From assembly GCA_035542115.1 (NCBI GenBank), contig DATKMC010000028.1, forward strand, positions 2,251 through 66,250: a stretch of 64,000 nt of DNA. Reading direction: 5' to 3'. The notes beneath the pieces were generated by a model that was given only the letters and a program-made list of their open reading frames with translations, did not search any database and was not told the DNA's origin. Shown in pieces: positions 9,951 to 18,532 of the stretch; position 1 is the first letter of the stretch; every line of letters starts with the position of its first letter. Source of the DNA: Methanomicrobiales archaeon. Lineage in GTDB: Archaea; Halobacteriota; Methanomicrobia; Methanomicrobiales; JACTUA01. The translations under genes were made by a program, and so were the position numbers.

Positions 9951-10831
9951 CCGTGGACCCGGCAATCCCTGCCAGAGCCCGGGAGGCCATGCTCACCTCC
10001 CAGAGGAACGAGATCACCGAGCACCACATCTACCAGGCCCTTGCAGAAAAGGCCGCCGAGGCCACGAACCGGAAGGTCCTCGACGAGACGGCGGCGGTGG
10101 AGCTCGGGCACTACCGGTTCTTCCGGTCCCTCACCGGAGTTGATATTGCTCCGGACCGAGCCCGGGTCGCCTTCTACCTTCTCGTGTACCGCGTCTTCGG
10201 AATCACCTTCTCCCTGAAGTTCATGGAGCGGGGGGAGGTGAAGGCCCAGAAGGTCTACCGGGACCTCCTCCCCGCCGTCCCCGGCCTCGAGGCCATCCTC
10301 AGGGACGAGGAGAGGCACGAGAAGGAGCTCATCGCCCTCGTGGACGAGCAGCGGCTCCAGTACACGGGGGCCATGGTCCTCGGCCTGAACGACGCCCTCG
10401 TCGAGCTCACGGGGACCCTCGCCGGACTCACCCTCGCCCTCCAGGATACCCGGGTCATCGCCATGGCCGGGCTCATCACCGGGATCGCCGCGGCCCTCTC
10501 CATGGCATCGGCCGAGTACCTCTCCACGAAGTCGGAAGGAGGGGCAAAGAACCCCTTCAGGGCCGCGATGTACACCGGGATCGCGTACATCGTCACCGTC
10601 CTCTTTCTCGTCGCCCCGTACCTCGTGTTCGCGAACTACTACCTCGCCCTCGCGGTCACCATCGTGAACGCCATCATCGTTATCCTCGTCTTCACCTTCT
10701 ACATCTCGGTGACCCGGGACCTGGACTACCGGGGCCGGTTCATCGAGATGGCCGGCCTCTCCCTCGGCGTTGCCGCCCTCTCCTTCATCGTGGGGATCCT
10801 CGTGCGGGTCCTCCTCGGCGTGAACGTGTAG
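9947..10831 (+). CDS. Erythrin/ferritin-like domain fused to VIT1/CCC1 iron-manganese transporter domain (MbfA-like)
   Basis: N-terminal ExxH diiron-type motifs (EITEHHIY, DEERHEKEL). C-terminal hydrophobic VIT1-like half. The ATG overlaps the methyltransferase stop (ATGA at 9947-9950). Confidence 0.8.
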   Translation: MTVDPAIPARAREAMLTSQRNEITEHHIYQALAEKAAEATNRKVLDETAAVELGHYRFFRSLTGVDIAPDRARVAFYLLVYRVFGITFSLKFMERGEVKAQKVYRDLLPAVPGLEAILRDEERHEKELIALVDEQRLQYTGAMVLGLNDALVELTGTLAGLTLALQDTRVIAMAGLITGIAAALSMASAEYLSTKSEGGAKNPFRAAMYTGIAYIVTVLFLVAPYLVFANYYLALAVTIVNAIIVILVFTFYISVTRDLDYRGRFIEMAGLSLGVAALSFIVGILVRVLLGVNV

Positions 10832-10992
10832 GGGCCCGCGCCACTCCTCCCGTCGCGGAGGATGGCGCCGGCTTTCGGACAGGCGTTGCGCTCGCTCTCC
10901 CGGCGGGAGGCAGGGCGCCCGCTCTCCCGGGGCGAGGGGGGCGCTAGCTTTTAGTCCTCTCCCTGCGGAGGGTAGACCGGAGGGATGCAAGT

Positions 10993-12396
10993 TTGATCTT
11001 CGAGAAGGTGGTTTCAGCGGGACTCGCCCATAATTCGTACCTCGTGGGCTCGGGGGGCGAGGCCGCGGTCATCGACCCCCGCCGGGACATCGACGTCTAC
11101 CTCGGGCTCGCCCGGGCGCATGACCTCCGCATCACCCATGTCTTCGAGACCCACCGGAACGAGGACTATGTCATCGGCTCCCTGGAGCTCGCCCGGGCAA
11201 CCAGGTGCCAGGTCCTCCATGGATCGAAGCTGGACTTCCGGTATGGAACCCCGGTGCACGAGGGCGACGGCATCCGGGTCGGGACCCTCGAGCTCCGCGT
11301 CCTGGAGACCCCGGGCCACACCGAGGAGAGCATCTCCATCGTGCTCCTCGATACCGAGATCTCAGGAACGCCCCTCATGGTCTTCACCGGGGACGCCCTC
11401 TTTGCGGGCGAGGTCGGTCGGACAGACTTCTACCCTGACCGGCCGGAGCAGGTGGCGGGGGAGCTCTATTACAGCCTCCACCAGAAGATCCTCCCCCTCG
11501 GGGACGGGGTCATCGTCTGCCCGGCCCATGGCGGCGGGTCAGTCTGCGGGGCGGACATCAGCGACCTCCCCCTGACCACCATCGGGTACGAGAAGGAGAC
11601 GAACCCCCTTCTCCCGCTGGAACGGGGCGCCTTTATCCGGCGCAAGATTGCCGAGCGGCACCACTTCCCTCCCTACTTCTCCATGATGGAGCGGCTCAAC
11701 CATGACGGGCCGCCACCCCTCGCATGCCCCCTTAGCCTCCCGAACCTCACCGTGCAGCAGGTGAAGGAGCTTCAGAAGAAGGGTGCGCAGGTCGTGGACA
11801 TCAGGTCCCCGGCCTCCTTCGCCGGCGGCCACCTGCCCGGGAGCCTCCATGTCTGGCGCGACGGGGTACCCTCCTTTGCCGGGTATTTTCTCAATTACGA
11901 GAAACCCGTTGTCATCGTGGACGATTTCAACGCGGATCCCGTGGCGGTCCGCCGCCAGTTCGCCCGCCTCGGGTACGACAACCTCGCCGGCTGCCTCGAA
12001 GGGGGTTTCATGACGTGGGCGAAGGCCGCGGAGCCGATGGGCACGGTGCGGACCTGGACGGTCCACGAGCTGAAGGCGAACCTTGGGGACCCGAATATCT
12101 ATCTCCTCGATCTCAGGGACGATCTGAATTACCGGAAGCATGGCTACCTTCCGGGCGCCCACCACGTCTATGTCGGCGAGCTCCCGTCCTTCATCAGCAA
12201 TGTGCCGTCAGCGGGGAAGGATATCGTCTGCTTCTGCGACGCCGGGTACAAGTCATCCATCGCCGGGAGCCTGCTCCTGCAGCAGGGGTTCCCGAAGGTC
12301 ACCGTTGTCCTCGGGTCCATGGCTGCGTGGGAGAAGGCAGGGTACCCGGTTGAAAGGGACGAGAAGGAGCCGGAGGGACCTGCGGCGGGGGGATGA
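10993..12396 (+). CDS. MBL-fold metallo-hydrolase fused to two rhodanese domains (persulfide dioxygenase/sulfurtransferase-like)
   Basis: HxHxDH-type motif ETHRNEDYV and TPGHTEES. The C-terminal half has two rhodanese-like modules, with the active-site loop region CFCDAGYKS. The start as called is TTG and is uncertain. Confidence 0.8.
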   Translation: MIFEKVVSAGLAHNSYLVGSGGEAAVIDPRRDIDVYLGLARAHDLRITHVFETHRNEDYVIGSLELARATRCQVLHGSKLDFRYGTPVHEGDGIRVGTLELRVLETPGHTEESISIVLLDTEISGTPLMVFTGDALFAGEVGRTDFYPDRPEQVAGELYYSLHQKILPLGDGVIVCPAHGGGSVCGADISDLPLTTIGYEKETNPLLPLERGAFIRRKIAERHHFPPYFSMMERLNHDGPPPLACPLSLPNLTVQQVKELQKKGAQVVDIRSPASFAGGHLPGSLHVWRDGVPSFAGYFLNYEKPVVIVDDFNADPVAVRRQFARLGYDNLAGCLEGGFMTWAKAAEPMGTVRTWTVHELKANLGDPNIYLLDLRDDLNYRKHGYLPGAHHVYVGELPSFISNVPSAGKDIVCFCDAGYKSSIAGSLLLQQGFPKVTVVLGSMAAWEKAGYPVERDEKEPEGPAAGG

Positions 12397-12535
12397 GCAG
12401 CGCCCGTCGTCCAGAGAACCCCAATCTTTTTCGAATCCCCACCCGACTATAAGCCTGCTGGACCATTCTGCGACAATCCGGACGCTCTCGGGGGAGGGAG
12501 GGCCAGAACCCGACCTCGAGCGACGAAGTCGCGAT

Positions 12536-12640
12536 TTCGCTTCGCTCGTCGCACCCTGATGGGTGCTCCATCCTCGGGGCATCCCCTCGGATGCCCCCGC
12601 CGCTCGGGCACACCCCGGGTTGCGATAGCCTGATGGGAGG
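12536..12640 (+). repeat. Intergenic GC-rich repeat, copy A (homologous to 55515-55628)
   Basis: Aligns by eye at about 75% identity over ~105 nt with 55515-55628, e.g. GCACCCTGATGGGTGCTCCATCCTCGGGG vs GCACCCTGATGGTTGCTCCATCCTCTGGG and GCATCCCCTCGG...CCCGCCGCT. Contains hairpins 12551-12566 (6 bp) and 12576-12597 (8 bp). Confidence 0.75.
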
Positions 12641-13066
12641 TGCCCTGGAATAAAATGATCTGCTATCCACAGACAGGCCTATTCTAACTGGGGGACGCCA
12701 CAGCGGCGGGGGCGGAGCCGTCAGGCTAAGCCCCCAGGAGCGTCTGCATTGTCACCGGTAACTATGTTCCTGAAATACCAGAAGAGCTCCCCTTGACGAG
12801 TTTGGGGAACTCTTAAATACTCCGGCCGTGCTATAGCTTAGCCAATGCGTGGTGGATGCCTTTTCGCCCGGGATTGCCTTTATCGCCCCGAGTGAAGCGA
12901 CCGTCCTGCCCGCAGCGAACTGTTCCTTGAAAATAATCCGGGGAGCGACGGCTGTTTTCGGCTCTTATCGCTTCTTCGGCTATTTCGGGTAGTTTTCCCG
13001 CCGCCGGAACGGTTCTCGGGCCTTCTCAATTTCCCCTGACCGGTGTTCCCGGCGGGGGAGGTGTAC

Positions 13067-13879
13067 ATGAGAGGAAAAGAGATCCGTCTGGAACGAATCA
13101 TGGACCGGAACACGGGGAGGACCATCATCGTCCCCATGGACCACGGGGTGACGAACGGCCCCATGAAGGGGCTCATCGACATGGGCGAGACCGTCGGCCT
13201 CGTTGCCGAGGGGGGGGCGAACGCGGTGCTCGGGCACCTCGGCCTCGCCCTCTACGGCCACCGGAGGCACGGACGGGACGTGGGGCTCATCCTCCACCTC
13301 TCGGGCTCGACGTCCCTTGGCCCTGACCCGAACGAGAAGGTGCTCGTGAACACGGTCCCGAACGCGATGAAGATGGGGGCCGATGCGGTCTCCATTCACG
13401 TGAACATTGGCGCCGAGTCCGAGGCGCGGATGCTCTCGGACCTCGGGAAGGTCGCCGTCGAGTGCATGGAGTGGGGGATGCCCCTCCTCGCCATGATGTA
13501 CCCAAGGGGTGCGAAGATCCGGGACGAGCATGGGGTGGAGTCCGTCGCTCTCGCTGCACGGGTGGCGGCCGAGCTCGGGGCCGACCTGATAAAGACCGTG
13601 TACACGGGGGACCCGGACAGCTTCCTGGAGGTGACCCGGGGGTGCCCGGTCCCGGTGGTCGTGGCCGGCGGGTCGAAGACCGATGAGCGGGCGACCCTCG
13701 AGCTCGTGGCAGGGGCGATGGAGGGCGGCGCGGCCGGCATCTCCATCGGCCGGAACGCCTTCCAGCACCCGGCCCCCGACCGGTTTGTCAGGGCGGCCGC
13801 GGCCATCGTCCACGAGAGGCGAAGCGTTGAAGAAGCACTGGAAATCATGAGAAATGGAGGAAGGAGGAGAGAGAAATGA
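13067..13879 (+). CDS. aroA': 2-amino-3,7-dideoxy-D-threo-hept-6-ulosonate (ADH) synthase, class I aldolase (DhnA/MJ0400 family)
   Basis: [38 protein letters not shown] and [10 protein letters not shown] closely follow the MJ0400-type sequence as I recall it. ATG 13067 is preceded by GGGGAGGTG. First gene of the aro operon. Confidence 0.8.
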   Translation: MRGKEIRLERIMDRNTGRTIIVPMDHGVTNGPMKGLIDMGETVGLVAEGGANAVLGHLGLALYGHRRHGRDVGLILHLSGSTSLGPDPNEKVLVNTVPNAMKMGADAVSIHVNIGAESEARMLSDLGKVAVECMEWGMPLLAMMYPRGAKIRDEHGVESVALAARVAAELGADLIKTVYTGDPDSFLEVTRGCPVPVVVAGGSKTDERATLELVAGAMEGGAAGISIGRNAFQHPAPDRFVRAAAAIVHERRSVEEALEIMRNGGRRREK

Positions 13880-14658
13880 TCGGAAAGGAGATCCGGATCG
13901 AGCGGATTATCAACCGGAATACGGGGAGGGCCGTCATCATACCCATGGACCACGGCTTCTCCCTGGGGCAGATCGAGGGACTGACGAACATGACGAATGT
14001 CATCACCGACGTGGCGAAGGGGGGGGCGAATGCCATCATCCTCCACAAGGGGATGGTGAAGGCCGGCCACCGGAAGCATGGCCGGGACATCGGCCTCATA
14101 GTCCACCTCTCTGGGTCCACGAGCCTGAACCCGGACCCGAACGACAAGGTAATCGTCTGCACGGTGGAGGAGGCCATCGCCCTCGGCGCCGACGCCGTCT
14201 CCATCCACGTGAACCTCGGGGCGCCGAACGAGTCCCGGATGATCGAGTCCGCGGGCGACATCTCGAGGGCCTGCACGAAGTGGGGGATGCCACTCCTCAT
14301 CATGATCTACCCGCGGGGGAAGAACGTGGATGGTACCTCGCCGCAGGCCATCGGCCTCTGCGTCCGGGTCGCCGAGGAGCTCGGGGCGGACTTCATCAAG
14401 ACGAACTACCCGGGCAGCCCGGAGGCCTTCAAAAAGATTGTCGATGCCTGTTCGGTCCCGGTCATGATCGCCGGGGGCGAGAAGGCCGGTGACCACGAGA
14501 CCCTGAAGATCATCCGGGACTCGGTGAAGGCAGGGGGGGCGGGGGTCTGTATGGGCCGGAACGCCTTCCAGCGGAAGAACACCACGAAGTTCGTCCAGGC
14601 CATCACGAGGATCGTCCACAAGAACCTGGACCCCGACGAGGCCATGGGGATGCTATGA
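13876..14658 (+). CDS. Second class I aldolase (DhnA-family) paralog; possible DKFP-synthase/FBP-aldolase-type enzyme
   Basis: 260 aa, clearly paralogous to the previous gene ([42 protein letters not shown]). ATGA overlaps at both ends (13876-13879, 14655-14658). Confidence 0.75.
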   Translation: MIGKEIRIERIINRNTGRAVIIPMDHGFSLGQIEGLTNMTNVITDVAKGGANAIILHKGMVKAGHRKHGRDIGLIVHLSGSTSLNPDPNDKVIVCTVEEAIALGADAVSIHVNLGAPNESRMIESAGDISRACTKWGMPLLIMIYPRGKNVDGTSPQAIGLCVRVAEELGADFIKTNYPGSPEAFKKIVDACSVPVMIAGGEKAGDHETLKIIRDSVKAGGAGVCMGRNAFQRKNTTKFVQAITRIVHKNLDPDEAMGML

Positions 14659-15641
14659 AGGAGCTCTGGGTCGACATCCGTCCCTGGAAGAAGGACATCG
14701 CCACCACCGCCATCGAGAGCGGCGCGGACGTCCTCGTGGTGGAGGACCCGGCCCGGGTGAGGGAGCTTGGCCGGGTGACCACCGTCGCCCCGGGCGGGGA
14801 CCTCGTGCCCGAAAAGGACGTCTTTGAGATGGAGGTGAAGGACAGGCCCTCTGAGGAGGAAGCTGTGAGGAAGAGCAGACAGGGGTACGTCATCGTCCGG
14901 ACGCCGGACTGGACGGTTATCCCCCTTGAGAACCTCGTCTCGCGGGCCGATCGGATCATCGCCGCGGTGAAGGACCGGAAGGAGGCCGAGCTCGCTCTCG
15001 GGGCCCTCGAGAAGGGCGTCCGGGGCGTCCTCCTCAGGACCGGGAACCCGTCGGTCGTCCGCGACGTGGCGAAGCTCATCAAGGAGAGCACGGGAAAGGC
15101 CGAGTTGGTCCCCTTCACGGTCACGGCGATCCGGCCCGTGGGTATGGGTGACCGGGTCTGCGTCGATACCTGCACCATGATGGGGGAGGGGCAGGGTATC
15201 CTCGTGGGGAACACCTCCTCGGCCTTCCTCCTCGTCCAGGCCGAGACGAGCGAGAACCCGTACGTCGCCCCGCGGCCCTTCCGGGTGAACGCCGGGGCGG
15301 TCCATGCCTATGCCCTCATGCCCGGCGGGAAGACCGCCTACCTCTCGGAAATTGATTTATCCTCGAAGGTGGCCCTCGTCACCGCCGACGGGAAGGTCAC
15401 CGAGGCCTGCGTGGGGAGGACGAAGATCGAGAAGCGCCCCCTCCTCCTCGTTGAGGCCGAGGGGGCCGGGAAGAAGGCGAGCCTCATCCTCCAGAACGCC
15501 GAGACGGTGCGGCTCGTGGGGGAGGACGGGAGGCCCGTCTCCGTCGCGGCCCTCCGGGTGGGGGACCGGGTCCTCGGTGCGACCGCCGAGGCGGGCCGGC
15601 ACTTCGGGGTCGCGGTGAAGGAGTCCATCGTCGAGAAGTGA
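14655..15641 (+). CDS. aroB': 3-dehydroquinate synthase II (archaeal, MJ1249 family)
   Basis: 328 aa, begins [11 protein letters not shown]. Length, sequence character and position after ADH synthase fit DHQS-II. Confidence 0.85.
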   Translation: MKELWVDIRPWKKDIATTAIESGADVLVVEDPARVRELGRVTTVAPGGDLVPEKDVFEMEVKDRPSEEEAVRKSRQGYVIVRTPDWTVIPLENLVSRADRIIAAVKDRKEAELALGALEKGVRGVLLRTGNPSVVRDVAKLIKESTGKAELVPFTVTAIRPVGMGDRVCVDTCTMMGEGQGILVGNTSSAFLLVQAETSENPYVAPRPFRVNAGAVHAYALMPGGKTAYLSEIDLSSKVALVTADGKVTEACVGRTKIEKRPLLLVEAEGAGKKASLILQNAETVRLVGEDGRPVSVAALRVGDRVLGATAEAGRHFGVAVKESIVEK

Positions 15642-15651
15642 GGACGGGAGC

Positions 15652-16479
15652 ATGATCGCGGGGATCATCGGGGGAACGGGGAAGATGGGCCGGCTCTTCG
15701 GATCCGTCCTGGAAAGGCACGGGTTCGAGGTCAGGGTATCGGGGAGGAGGACGGAGCTGACGAACCGGCAGCTTGCAGAGGAAAGCGACCTCATCATGGT
15801 TTCGGTGCCCATACGGTCGACGGCCGGGGTTATCTCCGAGATCGCCCCTCTCCTCGGGAAGGAGCAGCTCCTCTGCGACCTCACCTCCCTGAAGGCCGTG
15901 CCTGTGGAGGCTATGCTCAGGTCAGAGGCCCAGGTCCTCGGGATGCACCCCCTCTTCGGCCCGACGGTTCCCTCCCTCAGGAACCAGACCGTCATCCTCA
16001 CACCCGCACGGTGCAGCACCCCCATCGCATCCCGGGTCCCGGAAATCCTCCGGGCCGAGGGGGCGGACCTCGTCATCATGAACCCTGATGCCCACGACCG
16101 GCTCATGGCCATCATCCAGGGGCTCACCCACTTCGGGAATCTCTGCATGGCCGACGCCATCCGCCGCTCGGGGACCGACCTCGCCATCGCTCTCGGGGCG
16201 ACCTCGCCGGTCTACCGGATCCAGATGGCCCTCATCGGCCGGCTCCTCTCCCAGGACCCGGCCCTCTACGGGGACATCCTCCAGCTGAACCCCCACGTGC
16301 CGGGGGTGCTCGCCGCCTTCGGGGCAGCGGCCGCCGATCTCCGGGAGCGGGTGGAGGGCGGGGACCTTTCCTCCTTCGTGGAGTTCTTTGGCCGGAACGC
16401 GGAGATGTACCGGCCGTACCTCGACCAGGCAGCGGCGGAGACCGACGCCCTCATCGCCTACCTGACGGAGAAGAAATGA
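15652..16479 (+). CDS. tyrA: Prephenate dehydrogenase (no chorismate mutase domain)
   Basis: N-terminal Rossmann motif IIGGTGKMG. HPLFGP motif. 275 aa. Confidence 0.85.
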   Translation: MIAGIIGGTGKMGRLFGSVLERHGFEVRVSGRRTELTNRQLAEESDLIMVSVPIRSTAGVISEIAPLLGKEQLLCDLTSLKAVPVEAMLRSEAQVLGMHPLFGPTVPSLRNQTVILTPARCSTPIASRVPEILRAEGADLVIMNPDAHDRLMAIIQGLTHFGNLCMADAIRRSGTDLAIALGATSPVYRIQMALIGRLLSQDPALYGDILQLNPHVPGVLAAFGAAAADLRERVEGGDLSSFVEFFGRNAEMYRPYLDQAAAETDALIAYLTEKK

Positions 16480-17273
16480 TCGCGGTCCTCGGGCCAGAAG
16501 GGACCTTCAGCCACGAGCTTGCCCTCGCCCTCTTCGGAGAAAAGGAAGTGATCCTCATCCCCACCATCCACCGGATCTTCGACGAGGTGGAGAAGGGCTC
16601 CTGCGACGGGCTCGTGCCCCTCGAGAACAGCGAGGCCGGCGGGGTGGGGCCTACCCTCGACGGCCTCCAGGGCCACGCCGTCTCCATCACCGGCGAGGCA
16701 TTCATGGAGGTGCACCACCACCTCGCTGCCCGGGGGAAGCCGGAGGATCTCATCCTCGTCTATGCCCACCCGCAGACCCATGAACAGTGCAGTGAGTTCC
16801 TCGAGGAGCTGGGGATCGGGGTGGTGCACACCTCCTCGAATGCGGCGAGCGCCCGGGCCATGCAGGAGCGGGAGGGGGCAGGGGCCATCGTCTCGGAGCT
16901 GACCGCCCGGATCTACGGCCTCCCCATCGTCCGGCGGGATGTGCAGAACAACGCTGGGAACACGACCCGGTTCATCCTTATCTCGGCCATGCCCCCGGCC
17001 GAGAGCAAGCCGGAGAAATGCAGCATCCTCATCGACCCCCGGGAGGACCGGCCGGGGCTCCTCCATGACCTCCTCTCGGTCTTTGCCAGGCGGGGGATCA
17101 ACCTCACGCGGATCGAGTCCAGGCCATCGAAGCGGGGGATGGGGAGCTATGTCTTCTTCGTTGATATCGCCACGGACCGGGGGTGGGAAGTGGCCATCCG
17201 GGAGCTCCACGGGCTCACCCATGTGAAGAACCTCGGGTGCTACCGGCGGCTGGAGGTGCCCGGGTGGAGGTGA
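16476..17273 (+). CDS. pheA: Prephenate dehydratase with C-terminal ACT domain (no chorismate mutase domain)
   Basis: MIAVLGPEGTFSHE, VPLENSEAGGV and TRF motifs. ACT-like tail GLLHDLLSVFARRGINLTRIESRP. ATGA overlap with tyrA. Confidence 0.9.
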   Translation: MIAVLGPEGTFSHELALALFGEKEVILIPTIHRIFDEVEKGSCDGLVPLENSEAGGVGPTLDGLQGHAVSITGEAFMEVHHHLAARGKPEDLILVYAHPQTHEQCSEFLEELGIGVVHTSSNAASARAMQEREGAGAIVSELTARIYGLPIVRRDVQNNAGNTTRFILISAMPPAESKPEKCSILIDPREDRPGLLHDLLSVFARRGINLTRIESRPSKRGMGSYVFFVDIATDRGWEVAIRELHGLTHVKNLGCYRRLEVPGWR

Positions 17274-18532
17274 CCCTCCGGAAGGCCGGCACCATCGACC
17301 TCCGGGTCAGGGCACCCCCGTCCAAGTCCTTCACCCACCGGGCCCTCGTGGCCGCGGCCCTCGCCCGCGGCGGGTCCACCCTCCGGGATCCCCTCGTCTC
17401 CGACGATACCCGCATAACCGCGGATGCCCTCCGGAAGCTCGGGGTTTCCCTGGCATGGGAACGGGACACGGTGCGGGTCGCCGGTACCGGGGGGAGGTTC
17501 CCGGTGCGCGGAGAAACCACTCTGGACCTCGGGGACTCGGGGACGAGCATGCGGTTCTTCGCCGCCCTCGCCCTCCTCGCGGGGGGGCCGGTGGTGCTCC
17601 GGGGGAGCCCGCGGATGCATGAGCGCCCCATCGGGCCCCTCGCCGGGGCCCTCGGGGAGCTGGGCGGGATCGTCCGGTACCTCGGGAAGGAGGGGTACCC
17701 ACCCCTCCGGGTCTCGGGCAGCTTCAGGGGTGGGGAGGTGGTGGTGGACGGGAGCACAAGCAGCCAGTTCATCTCCGCCCTCCTCGTGGCGGCCCCCTGC
17801 GGGGAGGGGGACCTCGGCCTCACGGTAAGTCCTGCTCCCGTCTCACGGTCATATCTTGATATCACCGCGGAGGTGATGTCTGCCTTCGGTGCCGCCCCGG
17901 AACGGGAGGGCTACACGCGGTTCCTGGTGAAGGGAGGGACAGGATACCGGGGGCGCGGCTACCATATCGAAGGGGACTTCTCCTCTGCCTCCTACTTCCT
18001 TGCCATGGGCGCGGTCTGCGGCGGCCGGGTTGCGGTCGGGAACCTGGACCGGTCGTCGCCTCAGGGCGACCGGTGGTTCCCCGGCATCCTGGGGGAGATG
18101 GGGTGCCGTGCCCGGTGGACCGGCCAGACGCTCGTCCTCGAGGGCGACGGGGACCTCTCGGGGGTGGACGTGGAGATGTCGGGGAGCCCGGACACGGTCC
18201 AGACCCTCTGCGCGGTGGCCGCCTTTGCAAAGAGCCCCACCCGGATCCGGGGGATAGGCCATCTCAGGCACAAGGAGAGCGACCGGATCGAGGCCACGGC
18301 GAGGGCCCTCCGGAACCTCGGCGGGGATGTCCGGGTGGAGGGGGACACGGTCACCATCCTCCCCCGGCCCCTTCACGGGGGCGTCATCGACCCGGGAGGC
18401 GATCACCGGACTGCCATGGCCTTCTCCGTCGTAGCCCTCGGGGCGGGGGACGTCACCATCAGGGACGCGGAGTGCGTCTCCAAATCTTACCCTCGATTCT
18501 GGGACCATCTCAGGGAGGCGGGGCTCCTGTGA
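17264..18532 (+). CDS. aroA: 3-phosphoshikimate 1-carboxyvinyltransferase (EPSP synthase)
   Basis: PPSKSFTHRAL, LGDSGTSMRF, SSQFISALL and HLRHKESDRI motifs. GTG 17264 is preceded by GGAGGTG and overlaps the pheA end by 10 nt. Confidence 0.9.
   Translation: MEVTLRKAGTIDLRVRAPPSKSFTHRALVAAALARGGSTLRDPLVSDDTRITADALRKLGVSLAWERDTVRVAGTGGRFPVRGETTLDLGDSGTSMRFFAALALLAGGPVVLRGSPRMHERPIGPLAGALGELGGIVRYLGKEGYPPLRVSGSFRGGEVVVDGSTSSQFISALLVAAPCGEGDLGLTVSPAPVSRSYLDITAEVMSAFGAAPEREGYTRFLVKGGTGYRGRGYHIEGDFSSASYFLAMGAVCGGRVAVGNLDRSSPQGDRWFPGILGEMGCRARWTGQTLVLEGDGDLSGVDVEMSGSPDTVQTLCAVAAFAKSPTRIRGIGHLRHKESDRIEATARALRNLGGDVRVEGDTVTILPRPLHGGVIDPGGDHRTAMAFSVVALGAGDVTIRDAECVSKSYPRFWDHLREAGLL

Noticed and set aside
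12425-12455. TTCGAATCC (T-loop-like) sequence just after the MBL-rhodanese gene.
   Set aside because: The flanking 5-nt segments are not complementary and there is no cloverleaf context.
17183-17263. N-terminal extensions given by the ORF track for many genes. Examples: 17183, 18073, 25519, 28958, 31484, 45697, 9317, 50448, 13043, and the 5' parts of 29409, 32665, 35156, 39915 and 55423 on the minus strand.
   Set aside because: The extensions overlap the upstream gene or gene-free DNA, lack family similarity and often have lower GC3. Internal ATG/GTG codons with SD-like GGAGG sequences coincide with the conserved N-termini of the families.
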